A DNA stretch of 64,000 bases from Fimbriosthenelais zetlandica. Its lineage: Eukaryota. The translations under genes were made by a program, and so were the position numbers. Positions 23,601-36,800 of the stretch are shown here, one piece after another. The notes under the pieces were generated by a model. It ran no database searches. It saw nothing but the letters and a program-made list of their open reading frames with translations, and had not been told where the DNA came from. The stretch covers positions 19,406,001 through 19,470,000 of the forward strand of contig OZ365114.1 in the NCBI GenBank assembly GCA_977030845.1, given 5' to 3'. Numbering within the stretch: the stretch's first letter is position 1; each line of letters begins with the position of its first letter.

Positions 23601-26600
23601 CGGATTAGTGCCTTAATTTTTCTATATTTTAAGAAATAAATTCCCTGGGTAAATTTACTGGGGTGGACACAAACTGGTGTGGACAAAAACTGTTCTTATT
23701 CCCAACTTGTGTTTATATTTTTTGTTACAGGTGAATTTTCTGGCCTGTCAGTTCACAGCAGTAGGCCTGGCCTACCCATTCCGTGTTCACCTTAGTCCAC
23801 AGAAAGCCTCAGTGGAGGCACGACACATGTTTGAAATAGCTGTGGGAATCACTCTAATAATATTCTGCTTTGGACAGTAAGTTGGTTTGACCTTTTCATG
23901 TCTCCATCATACCATAGGCTAGGTAGAGATAAAAACGCCATGAATATACATGTACCGGTACAGTCATTTGATAAAAATAGGTTGACCTACAGTAAGAACA
24001 TTTTACCATCTGAATTTCTGTGTAGAACGTTAAAATTATTACCCATTTTCATTGGTTTTAATAAATAAATATAAATGCCTTAAAACAGTACTTTTGTACT
24101 CTGATTACCGGTACAGTGTAATCTAAAGTCTTATTGTATTTTTCTTTAATTGCAGTCAAATCGTTTACATATTTGGTCAGTCACTGGGATGTTTTCTTCT
24201 CATACAAACCATGCCCCGGGGTGTTATGCCCAAGGCCGTGTTTGCTGGGGCAATGCTTCAGCTCTGTGTCTGTCACATCTGGCGACAGATGTATGACTAT
24301 GGTGGCTACACCATGGATATCACAGGGTAAGTATGGGCCAACCCAGGCTTTTAAACTGGCTTTTGTCCCTCCTCCCAATCCCTCCTTCCTCCCTCTTCCT
24401 CTCCTCTCTACTCCATCTTCCTCTCCTCTGCTCCTCTCCCAATCCCTTCTTACTCTCTCTCATCTCCCTTTCCCTGTTGTCCCTCTCCCCATTTCCACCC
24501 TCTTGCTCTCTCCCTCCTCTCCCTTTCCCTACTGTCCCTCTCCCTCCTCTCCCTCACTCTCTCCCTCCCCTCCCTCCCTCTCTCCCTTTCTCTTCCACCA
24601 CCACTCCCTCCATCGATTCTTTCATTTTAGAGAATAGATGTACTTTCTATTCTATGAATTAATACCTCTCTTCCTTCCTACAGGCCATTGATGATCAATA
24701 CACAGCGAGTGACGTCATTAGCCTGGAGCTTGGCTGATGGGGAGGCTAAAGATGTAGACAAACTTACAGATGGTCAGAAGAAACTAGCTGTCAAGTAAGT
24801 ACATGCATTATCTATGTAGGCAATATACGCCACCCCTAAATTCTTTGACTTTCTAGAATTATTCTTTTCGCAGAATATCACTCGAATAGCATGATATTAG
24901 TTCCTGAACTATATATGCTAGGTCCGGAAATATCATTTGCATATTAATTTGATCAAGACATACTTACGGAATGATGTGTCGTATAGAATTTCCAGGTTTT
25001 ACCTGTAAGAGGTTAGAAATTATACCTGATAAAGAACGGACTGATTCTATCCAAGGTATAACCTGATAGTCAGGCTGGTTACTTACCGCATTAAATTTAG
25101 CGTGTCTTGGGATAAAGGGAAACTACTTGCTTTATTAACTTAAGTATCTCTATCCAAAGCGTATTCTATGGAAGTAGAAGTCGCTTTCCTTTTTTTCTAT
25201 TTATTAACTAACAGCACGTTCACTTCGGGTAGAATTACACTGTATTGATTTGAGGCATGACACGCAAGGGGCATATATATGGAATATAATTATGTCAATG
25301 AAAATGATCCTGTAATCAAAGGCCTGCCTCTATCTGCGCCTGCTGCTTTAATCTACTAAGAGCTCATATGTTTTATTGGGATGCAAGTCTTCATGTTATT
25401 TGACTATAGATCTACATTATGATTGTTCTTAGATATTCAGGAACGCCACCCAGTGACCCTAACCATGACATCGCCCCTTCCTTTACAATATTCTGATATA
25501 AAAACCAAACGTGCCTTATTTTTTAAGTTCCTTCTATCCATTGAATCTATTAATAATATATATATAAACTTGCATCCCAGAACATACAAAAACTTGACAT
25601 GGGAGGTTAAGGTTGGGATAATGTGGTGTGATAATTGCTGGTCTCTTTCAGGAAAGTACCCACGTTCCTAGAAATGATGAGTTATACGTTTAACTTTCAC
25701 GGAGCCATGGTGGGCCCTTTCTGCTTCTACATTGACTACATTAACTTTATTGAGGGCACAAACCTTGTTAACCCAGCTGTGATTAATGTAAGTACCACGC
25801 ATGTATACTAACACCCGTCTCAATCCTCACCTTCCCTGTAATCTCAGTGTATTTTTTATTGATGTTTTGTGCGTGTAAAGTGTTTGCAATACAAAATGTA
25901 TGTCCGCTTCTAAGTGTTGGAACTAATACTAATACTTAAATAATTAGTGTTCTAGCGGTTAGCAAATCGAATTGAAATTTTTGAAGTCTTTGTCTATTAA
26001 ACTGTTTTCCTTTCCTTTAGCTTAATGATAGGAAACATAATTTACCACTACTAGTTCTTTTTACAGTATAGCACTTTGCAGAAATCCTCCAATACATTTA
26101 CCTCTAAACCCTGGTCTGATAGAATAGTCATGATGGTATCCCGAATTCTCTAACTTCTGTCATGTTTATTAAACTAATTCAAAATAGGTTTCTTTTAAGA
26201 AAGAGAAGTTTTAGAGGTTTTCATTCTGCCTCCTTACCGGCATGTAACAATTAAGCCTGAGAAAAACACCTTATTGCAGCTATGACATTAAACTAAAAAA
26301 TATATTCAGAATTTTAATTTAAAAATGAACAGTGCTAATGACAGTGATAGTAAACACACTGAAAATCTCAAAAGATAAAGCTTCGTATCTCTTTTATTCC
26401 CAGGGCGCCAGCCATAGCTCCCCAGTAAAACCTCTCCCAGAATGTCCGTCCCCTAAGGTGGGTACAATATAGGGGATAATCTGTTTTTTCTAATAATAAA
26501 TATGAAATAATGAACGATTAATGCCAAATTTATTTCTCTATTATTTGTCCTGAAATAGTTGTGATTCATTTTTTCTTGCAGATACTAGTAGCAAAGAAAC

Positions 26601-28097
26601 TCCTATCGTTTGGTGTATGTGCTATTCTCGTAGTATTCGTCATTCCAATTTTCTCCATCAACTACTTATCAGGTAAGCTGGTGTATCCACGGTGTCGTAC
26701 CACTTGTCTTTCAGAATGATAAAAAAGAAGAAAGTATTAAAAGTTATTAATTTTGAATGCTCTGTTTCAGATCCTGCATTCCTCAATGCCAGTATGCCCA
26801 GTAAATTCGCCTATATAATTATCTGCACGACCGTGGTCAGACCCAAGTATTATCTCGCATGGAAGTTAGGTAGGAGATTCTTTCTATGTGACCGTGCAAA
26901 CAATCCCTATTGTCTTCTTAAAGTTAATAAAAAATATATTTAAATCTTTGATTTTCTTGCAGCTGAAGCATGTAACAACAATGCTGGCCTTGGTTTCTAC
27001 TACAATAAAAACGGTGAAGCCAAATGGGATCTGGTGGACAATGCCCGAATCAGGAATGTGGAGGTAAATTTGAAAAATCTTTCAAACATGAAAAAATTCT
27101 ATTCAATCTATCTATATTTCAGATTGAATTCCACATGGAAAATGTAAGATATAAAATGTTAATCATTGATGTTTTCTTGTAGTTCTCGACGAGTATAAAG
27201 ATGTTACTTGATAACTGGAACATTACCACCACCTTCTGGCTGCGTCACGTGGTTTATGAGAGAGTTCACTCGATGAACACCACGTGTGTGTTTGTAGTGA
27301 GCTCATTATGGCATGGCTTCTATCCTGGTTATTATCTTACCTTCCTCAGTGGCGCTATCTTCGTCCCTGTAGCAAGACTTGTAAGTCTCCAGTCTACTCT
27401 CTTATCTATAACATTTAATTAATTTAATGAGAATTTTTTTTTTAATTTAATTTTTGAAATTAATCTCTAGTCTTGGTTACAGAATGGTTACAGTCAATTT
27501 TAGCCTGTCACTCTGATTTTTAGCAGGAACAGTTTTATTTCCTCTAGCCCTTAGCATTATGAATGGTATGATTCAATATTCGTCGTTTTTTTTTTTAACA
27601 GATTCGGCGGAATTTCCGTGCCGGGTTTCAGACCAGTGATGAGAAGCGTATCATATATGAAATTATCACCTTCATTGCAACAAGAATCACCATCGCTTAC
27701 ATGACATTCCCTTTTGTCTATCTAGAGTTTGCGCCTTCCTGGGAGGTTTACCGGTCAGTTGATTCTTTTCTCGGAATAAAAATCTATTAATCCTCTAAAC
27801 ATATATACATACATTTTCCACTGATTTTAATAATGGTAATCGGTCATCCATTTTTTGTGGATATGTTCATTAAAGAGCGGATCTTGTCTTTCTATTAAAA
27901 TAAATTAGAAAAATTAATTTCTAGACCTAAAACTTTATCGTAGTTCATTACTTTCCATCTCTGACAGTATTTATGAACTTTTGCTCGGACTTTACAGGCG
28001 CTTGTATTGCTCTCTTCACATCATGGCGTTTGCTGTCATCGCTTTCTACTCCTTGCGACCGAAACCAACAAGGTCTGTGACAGTGAAGGCTTCTTAA
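19737..28097 (+). CDS. MBOAT2: Membrane-bound O-acyltransferase, MBOAT1/2 (oysgedart)-type lysophospholipid acyltransferase, ~476 aa. Exons 19737-19808, 23731-23876, 24156-24326, 24684-24794, 25652-25787, 26404-26457, 26582-26672, 26771-26869, 26963-27063, 27183-27380, 27602-27753, 27998-28097
   Basis: GLPIDQVNFLACQ N-terminus, YTMDITGPLMINTQRVTSLAW, GPFCFYIDY, KYYLAWKLAEA, DNWNITTTFWLRHVVYER and catalytic SSLWHGFYPGYY. Frame continuous (1431 nt). MBOAT1 versus MBOAT2 cannot be resolved. Confidence 0.95.
20530..21490 (-). mobile_element. Probable non-autonomous Helitron/Helentron-like (DINE/HINE-type) remnant in MBOAT intron 1
   Basis: End hairpin CCCATTTCCCC...GGGGAAAATGGG at ~20531-20558, T37 run at 20594-20630, TGACCTTTGACCT motif, ~100-bp internal direct repeat (21121 vs 21292), C23 run at 21458-21480. 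The 5' end and subTIRs were not identified. Confidence 0.4.
24364..24612 (+). repeat. CT-rich polypyrimidine low-complexity tract in MBOAT intron 3
   Basis: ~250 nt almost entirely C/T (CCCT/CTCT units). Confidence 0.95.
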
Positions 28098-31035
28098 CAC
28101 TCAGCGAATGACTACAGGCCAGGCCAAGCCCTGTACCAAGCTGCAAGCAACAACTCGTGGTGAAGATGGTTGTTGCCGTGGAGGCATTTGTTGTAGATAG
28201 GTGCTCTGTCTGTAGGTACTGCCCCCATGCTCTGTACTCCCTCTCAGCTTACATTCATATACAACATGGCAAACTTAGTGACTTGGAGCTCAAATATGTC
28301 ACAACAGCTTCAGGGGAATGGTGGTTGTGAACCATCCCTATATATTGGGATGCCACAGGTGCAGAACTTACAGCTTGACGAACTTAAACTTGCTGTTATT
28401 TTATTCAAGGGGAAGTCTATCCCAGAATAAAGGATGTATATTTTTATTATACTGGATATCTGAAAGAAAATGTTAAATTATATTTATAAAATGGATATGT
28501 CCCCGTCAATAACCTGTGCCATGGTGTATCGAATGCTAAGCTGGGGAGATATCGTCTGATCTATAGTACAGAGAGGGGCTTTATATGTAAAAACCAAACC
28601 ATGTGGGTTTCTTGGGGGAAGGAGAGACGGGTGTTAAAGTTAACAATAACTGTACATTCATCTGTATTATGGTGGGGGACATGATAGCATTTATTATCAA
28701 AGTTGTGTGTGTGATGAGAATAGTCAATGATTAGATTGTCTTTAGTAGTCATCATCGTCAGTCAGTCAGTGTATTTTTTGAGTTATCAGTATGAGTTTAG
28801 GCTGTGTGATTGTTGGGTCATTGATATATATAATTATAGATACAGGGAAGTCTTATTATGCATGGGTCAACATTGTAGAAAAATGTTTCAAGTATGGGGA
28901 AGGGAGGTCATAGGATAAGGAACAATGTTTAAAGCTCGGTCTGAGATGCACATATATATATATCAGGCTTCATAAATTATGCACCACAATTTCTTTTTTC
29001 ATAGTTTACACGATCTTGTTGATGCATATGTGTGTAAAGGTTCGGTTACGTGCATATGGTATGTGCATATATTGTGTAAGTTACCATTTGTTCAGCATTA
29101 GTTTTGTGATCAGAATTTTAACTATCATTATCTTTATTCATGATGTATTGTAGCTGCAACTTTAGGATGAACTTGAACTAAATTTACAGCTATTTGTTAA
29201 AACAATGAATGAGCTAACCAGACAAGGCAGGATGTATTTTACAAATCTGGTCTCGTTAGAGTGAGGTTATGGTACAGAATGAGGTATGGAAGTCTATACT
29301 AAGATACACTTAGTTACTCAGAAACTTGTTTTATACTATAACCCCATACATGTTAGTTATATTTCTGTTGTATCCTGTCAGAAACTGCTATTCTCCGGGG
29401 TTGGGAGTATCAGGTAAACTGTGGTATATCACTCATTATAGATGTTTAATTTACAAATCAGCTAGGGTGAGTGTCAGTCATTCCAGTAGCCATATTTTGC
29501 CTCTCTTTTATTGCTTGACTATATATTGAAAATATGGGATGATTTTTTTTTCAGTACGAACAAAAAATAGTTTCATTCTGGTGCTAAGACTATAGAAGTT
29601 CTGAGGCATTTTTGTTTTGTTTTTTATTCTCTCTAACTTTTGCTTTCCTTTTGTGTTGCTGGTACATCTTTGGTAATTCTCAGTTGTTCGTAAATAATCA
29701 CTCCAGAAGTTGCTAATATCCAAAATGAAATCGCAAAGCTCTTGAAATGGAGGCTTCAGATAGAACCTGTCCCGTGCGTCTGCTGCTGTTATTTCACTCC
29801 CGGTGTTTACAATATAGACTTAGGTTTTGATAACTCACTATATTAAATGCATGGATCTGATGAGACCTATTATGCTAAAGGATTAATGCTTCTAAGAAAT
29901 ATACGGCCTTTGAGCAATGCACGTTTTAGACAAGAACTAAATGTCTATCTTAGACGTAACGCATGGTATGGTGTCCAGACTATTTAAATATTTTTATTGT
30001 GGGCTAAATATTTATTAAGAATGGGTTTTATTGCGTATATAGAATGTAACCGTCAGTATCTTGAGTCTTTAAAACAGGTTGTGTAACATGCCAAATGTTT
30101 GTATGGATGTACATATGACTTGAAGTTTGTTTCCAAAGGTTTAATCGTTAAAATGTTTCAGATGCTGAATACATTTTTGCGTGATGAATACGCACTGTGT
30201 GAATGAGTGTATATAGGATTGTATCATAATAGAGTGGTGCATATATCCTTAATATTAAGGGTATAAATTTTAAGCGTAAACTTATAAGAAACATTTTGTC
30301 TGCTTGGAAATAATCCACCGAAATTGCAAATCTCACCGAAAGAATTAGGTTCATATAATTCACGCTTAAACATTCAGAAACGCGCCACTGTGTTAGTCAA
30401 TCAATGGGTTTTACATACTTTGTCTTTTTGACTGCATAATATGGAATTTTAGCTCTTGACATTGGGCTAAAATTATCCTCCTAGATATTCACTTTCAGTC
30501 AGACTCGTTTTATTCTTTTTATTTTGTTTTACTGATTAGAAATCTTTATAGATATGTTGTCTCGTTTTGTTTTTCTTGTGAGCCAAAAAGGGGGCAGATT
30601 TCATGAGATAAATCTTTCTATCTGCTGACGTAGTAGATTTAATTAAATGGAATATAACATGTTTATGATTTTCTCCCCTTGCTGTCGATGTATTAAATGA
30701 GTTGTGGGCCTAGTCCGTTAAGTGAATACCCATCGTGATCTCCTGCTTATCGACATGATATATACAGTTTGTTGCGGTTTTAAACGCAAGTATTCACTTA
30801 TTTTTAGTATCTTGTTCCAGCCTTGGTATTTCTATGGGATGGTATTTCTTTACTCTAATTAAACTCCCAGATATTCAGAGAACAAATAAAAACAAGCAGT
30901 GATAATTTAGAATTGTTGATCTTCTGATTTCTAATATATCCTAGAAATAGTACAAAAACATATATATTTATATCGATCTAGGTCTTTGTAGACATACATG
31001 TAGAGGATACCCCACCTAGGCCTACACTAGCCTCC

Positions 31036-31122
31036 CGTTTTCCGCACACTCCGCACAGTGGCGCTCCAGTCGTTCCTCCCTTCTACGACTGGAGCGCCAC
31101 TGTGCGGAGTGTGCGTTTTCCG
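31036..31122. mobile_element. Miniature perfect foldback flanked by 9-bp direct repeats
   Basis: 31-bp perfect inverted arms at 31043-31073 and 31085-31115 with an 11-nt loop; CGTTTTCCG at 31036-31044 and 31114-31122. Confidence 0.7.
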
Positions 31123-31492
31123 GCCAATAAACCATTAGAAGATATAATTCTTCGTGATTCCAAAGGTCGGGATAAAGCTTTAGTGTTTAATAGACTAGTT
31201 AAAAAATAACTGGGATGGGGATCATGTATGGTCTTTCCCTTTTCTTGAAAAGGTTATCTCAGAGCGCCTTTGGCGGCCATCTTGAGCCGTTGTAACCGGG
31301 TGGATCCTAGATCCTAGTTGTGTTTTACCGTTTTCGCTTCTAACTTCCGCCAACACACGTGAATCGAGCTCCAGACCAAAACAAATACTAAGAATGGCTT
31401 AATATGCTGGAGATCCTGACATCAGAGACTGGTAGAGGCTCCTTATTTGTTCAAAGATCCGTGCTTCGGATATCGTCGAAGTTACCGGTTAT

Positions 31493-33084
31493 ATGGCGCG
31501 TTTACTGAAGGTTTATCTGCGCCTCCTGGAGCGCTATCCATGGAGGACACAGGCCCTTTCCACAGGTAAACATGAAGTTGAACTTTATCCCCATATGCCA
31601 TGGTTCACATCTCCATACCAAGATTAGTCATAACATTTATTAGCTAGGATTTTGAAGTTATGAGGGCTTAATGCAAATTATGAACTGTCATTTATTTTAT
31701 GATGGTCCTATGGGCTATGGCTGCTACTATAAATTCAGAACCTGAGTAAACAGAAATGCTTAATAAATTTTCTTTTAATTTTAGGAGTTTTGATGGGAGC
31801 TGGTGATGTCATTGCTCAATTTGCTGTAGAAGATGCGACGATCAAAACCTACACACCGTCCAGAACGACTAGATTCTTTTTATTCGGTACATTAGCTGCG
31901 GTATGGAAATATATATTTATTTAACAGACAAATAAAATAAATGAAATGTTGTCGTGTTTAGGTTACATGTAATCCTGTCATTACCAGTCATTTAGTATTT
32001 TCCTCCCTTTATGGTGTATATTTTTGTGAAAAGATTACCACTGAATATAATCTATAATATATATTGTCATTCTAATTGAACAATCAGGGGCCAGCATTAC
32101 GAGGATGGTACATGACGCTTGAACGTTTCGTTAAATTCCCTGGAGGAAAGGGTGCCCTTGGTAAGATGGCAGCTGATCAGGTAAATAAAATATCTTTTGT
32201 TACACTTACAAATTATTGGTTATTCAGTATATAACCTGGTATTATATGGGATTCATTTCCAATGAGAATCATTTCATATACATATGTATCCTGTTGCTAG
32301 CTGTTAGCTTTTTCATTCATTGATAGTTGCTGTTCGCTCCAACATTCTGTGCCTTTTTCCTGACCACCATGGGCTACTGGCGGACAGGATCTGTGAAAGC
32401 AACTCGAGACATGGTGGAAGAGGTAATGCCACACTTAATGAATTATAAGTGAATTAACGAGTTTATTGCATAATGCCCTGTACGTCAAATTATGACCATC
32501 ACTATCGTAAGTACTGTCGAATGGAGATATTGAACCATTACGGTACGTCAATAATTCATTCAATTTCCAAATTGGCCTTCACAACGTATTTTAATGCTTT
32601 GTTTTCATCTTTCTCCTGTTTCAGTCGTATGTTGATATCATCATATCTAACTACAAGGTATGAATACATTGTGGTATCATGGTATTGAATATAAATTTAT
32701 TATATTAACTATCCAGACATAGCCAATATAAGCCATTTCAGATCTGTGTGTATATTACAATTATCATTTGCACTTTCAGTTATGGCCTGCAGCGCAGATC
32801 CTAAACTTTTACTTCGTCCCTCTTCAACACAGGTTGGTTCTTATGGAATATGGAGAGAACAAATTCCCATTCAACTTTATTTCTTGGTTTAATCGATATT
32901 GTTTCAACCCTTTGTGGACCTGGTTCTGGTCCAAATACGTTTAATTCAAATTTCTAAAGAATTGCTTTTCTCTTTATTTTGCAGAGTGATGTATGTTAAC
33001 TGTGTAGCTCTCATATGGAACACGTACCTTGCTTGGCGGGCTGAGAAGTCTCATCAGAGGAGTCAGGCTCAACCACAATTATAA
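31493..33084 (+). CDS. MPV17: Mpv17 mitochondrial inner membrane protein, ~187 aa. Exons 31493-31565, 31785-31900, 32088-32180, 32327-32422, 32625-32657, 32780-32832, 32985-33084
   Basis: YLRLLERYPWRTQALSTGVLMGAGDVIAQ...GPALRGWY...KMAADQLLFAP...[39 protein letters not shown]; includes the small 33- and 53-nt exons. Confidence 0.96.
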
Positions 33085-33845
33085 CACGACAAGAGGAAGC
33101 ATTCCATGCAGGCAAAACGTGGGGCTTTCACACAGGGCCAAAACTGTTGTAGACTAGTGGATTTAGGGGTGCTGTGTTAATTTATTTTGACTAAATCATC
33201 TCTCTAATCAATGGACCCCCCTTATAGGTACCTCATCTCGAGAACTCGTATATGGTGCACCACCAAGAATCTACCAAAACAAGAATCTACCAAAATGGGC
33301 TCCAATATATTGAGACCCTTAGATTGCGTTGGCCGTGCTCTTATAATCAAAATATATAGGCCTATATATATCTCTTTTTTTAAAATCAGTAATATAGCGT
33401 TCATACATCTATCCCGAATTAAGACGGGCCACCAGGCGTCCCATGCACTAGTGTATTGATTATTAAAATACTTCCTGGTAGTATTTGTGTAGTAATGTTG
33501 GTTGGTAGTTCACTGAAAAGTGGACTGGAGATTATAAATCCTAGGAAATTTATTTTTATGGTATGTATCCTGAAAAAATTGTTTTGACAACAGGTATATG
33601 CTAACATTGCTATGCTGTCCAATCCATTGATATTTCCATTTTATGTGACGTCAAACCTATATTTGGAATAAATAAAATTACGTTTCAGTATTTTGATATA
33701 ATTGATTTCTCCTCCTTCCTTTGATAGAGTGCTTTAATTGAGTTGACAGAATGTTGATATACATGTGCATAGACCTGAGAGCACTGTTTGACGCGGGAAG
33801 ACCCGTACGCTAGCGCCACGAAGTGAGTAAAACAGAAAATGATAA

Positions 33846-33890
33846 ACCGGAAGTGATTAATCCGGAAGTAGGTTAAAAACAAACATGGCG
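33846..33890 (+). promoter_or_regulatory. EXOC3 core promoter: tandem ETS/GABP motifs and YY1-like AACATGGCG
   Basis: CCGGAAGTG and CCGGAAGTA in tandem at ~33847-33870, then aaacATGGCG and a donor at 33901/33902. Confidence 0.6.
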
Positions 33891-36800
33891 GACATCGATG
33901 AGTAAGATCTAGATTTCACTGAACTATCATTCCCTTTTCGGTAAGATTACGGTTTATATTAATACATATTGCTTGGGAAATGATAGAGAAGTTGGGGAAC
34001 TTGTTAGAATATATGAAAATCATGACGCGACATGAATAATGCAGCGAAATCCCCCATGTCCCCACCCGCCGGAGTGCTATCGAGGGCGAGGCCAAGGGCC
34101 AGGCCAGGGGGGCAGGGCAAGGGGGAGGGTCCGCCCCTTCTACCTGCATGCTGAACTAAGGGTACTTTTCCTAGCCCTCACCCCCTCTATTTAATTTTTG
34201 TTGTTTCTTGTCCCTTTTATCTTGACAATATAATTTATGCCTACGATATCTGTTTAAAGATGCTAGTACTAGTAGGCCTATAGGGCAATAGAATAAGATT
34301 TGATAAACAATTTCTAATAATGTTTTTCCCTGATCTCAGTTTATTCGCAGTTAAAAAAGATACGGTAATGCCAGGCGCCACTGCTCCCATGGATCTCGCC
34401 TCTTTGGAGGCTGAGGCACGAGCGACCGCCAAGAAACAAGTGGCAAATCTGCTACAGGTAAGAATTATGACCATCCTGTTCTGAAATGAACTACATTATA
34501 TTATAATCCTTTTGTCATTGAGTTTACAGTATTTCATACCGGATCACCATTTTTCAGAGACCTGACCAGCTTGAAAAGGTGGAGCAGATTCGAAAACGAG
34601 TGTCAAGAAAGAAGGTAAAATATGTTTTGTATTAATAGTTGGCATAGTTCTACCTATCAAAGAGTTAGACTATATCATTTCATTTTTATCTTTCTTGCCA
34701 TTGATTTCCAGTCGTCAGTAGAGGCCATGCTAAAGACGGCTGTCCAGTCACAGTTAGACGGGGTGAGGACTGGACTCAATCAACTTCTCAACGCCTTACA
34801 AGACATTCACGAGATCAAAGATGGGTCAGTTTAAGCTTAAGTATATCAGCTTCACAATAATTAAATTCAATTTCAATTCAATGTCTTTATTCCGGACTTG
34901 TACATGATATAGATATTGTTACAAAGAGATTCAAAATGAGAAGAGAAAGGTGCAGAAAAATAATAATGAGTTACACAGATATAAATAATTAAATCTAGTG
35001 AATTTTATTATTTATTTTATTAACTATAATTAATAATGCATGGTACATATAAAGTTAGTCACCAATGAATTTAGAGAATCGTAATTATTATTTGTGTCAT
35101 TGTAATATTAATATCAAAGCTACATTTTCAGACTTAAAGAGGTGGATGGAACCTACTTATCCATCAAACATCTTGGGCAGAAACTTCAGCAAGTTCGTGA
35201 AGAAAATTCTCGTCATAGTCAGGTACGGTACTAGGCTACATAGTCATTTTAACAAGCTATTGTTGTTATATAAAAGAGAAAATGTTTGATTTATATTAAT
35301 GCATGTTGTCAAACCTGATGATTTTTAATTTTGACCATTCACAGCTTGCGGCGGCTGTGGAGAACCTGAAGCACATATTCACGGTCCCTGAAAGTGTGAA
35401 GAAAACGGAGGATCTTATAAGTGAAGGAAAACTGCTACATGCTCACAAATCGTAAGTAACTTTTTCTTGATTGATAAAATATTTACGTTTATTATAATAT
35501 AACATGAACATTATTTGAGTAGGCCCCTTTCTATTATTAGGTCTCGACTTCAGGTGATTAATTAGATATGAATTATATTTTTTTATGTTTGTCTTTAGGT
35601 TGACTGATCTGGAAATATCTCGTGATGACTTGCTCTTTGAACTCCACAAACAACCAAACCAAAGCCCAACCGACAATAATGTAAGTTGCTAAATGTAATA
35701 TATCAATCAAGTACTTACCCTTAGTAAAGCATAGGTCTTGTCACTCTTGTCTAAAATCACTCTTAATAGATGGGAACATATTATATTTCATGAAGAGGCT
35801 GAAGCATCAAATGTTGTTTGTTTTGTTGTTTGTAGACCGTCAAGCATTACTTTGCCGAGGTGGAACGCCTGTCAGAACTGTTGGGTAAACAGTTGTGGCT
35901 AGTATTACAGAGAACACTGATGACAGTTCGCCGTGAACCAACCATCATCGTCACTGTACTCCGTATTATAGAACGAGAGGAGAAGTGAGTCCTTTATTAC
36001 GCGTGCCACATAATGTTAATATCCAGACTTGGCTGGCTTGAAAAATCATAATTTACACATTATAATATAGCATGGGAAATAAAATAATACGTTGTGTTTA
36101 TTTGTCATTGTAGGATGGATTCCATTATGTTGAAGCGCTATGATCAGACTGGTTTCCTGCCTCCTGGCCGACCTAAACGCTGGCGACAGAAGGCATTCTC
36201 CAAGCTAGAGGAAGCTGTCACTGCCAGGTACGCATTTATTATGTTATCAATTTTAATTTTCTTTAATCCAATTAATTTCCTAAAAAAATCTGCTTTCTTT
36301 GTGACTTTATAAGCTATATATATGTGTATTTTCTTTAGGAACATAATTTTCATAATTGGATCACAAATTTTTGCATATTTTTTTCAGAATTGAAGGTAAC
36401 CAGATGGACGATCGAACCACAGACAAAATGTGGTTAGTCAAACATTTAGAAGTGACTAGACAACTCGTCATAGAGGACCTGAGAGTTATCAAGGTGAACA
36501 CGAGCAAAAAATGGCCCATTCATGAAAATAATCTCCAAATTTAACTTGAATCATTTCTTTAAACTTACCTATATCTTTGCTTTATTTTTCAGACTCTGGC
36601 GGAACCCTGCTTCCCTCCCCATTACGATATTGTGAACAAATATGTAGAGATGTATCATAATGCTATCGCATTACGGGTAGGTTACTGTACTCATATTCCA
36701 TTACATAACATTCAATGGATTCTAGTCCTTTGCTTTGAAGCTTTGATTGAAGAATTACATTTAAGCTAAATCTGTATTTTTCATGGATTTTAGAAGATTA

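Noticed and set aside
24134-24662. Long Pro/Ser/Leu-rich ORFs in the ORF track
   Set aside because: Artefacts of the intronic CT tract.
26005-26070. Strong orphan acceptor (TTTTCCTTTCCTTTAG) in an MBOAT intron, possible cassette exon
   Set aside because: No good donor follows, and the flanking exons already join in frame.
29508-29815. ~100-codon minus-strand open frame in the presumed MBOAT 3' UTR
   Set aside because: No ATG, no recognisable homology, no splice support.
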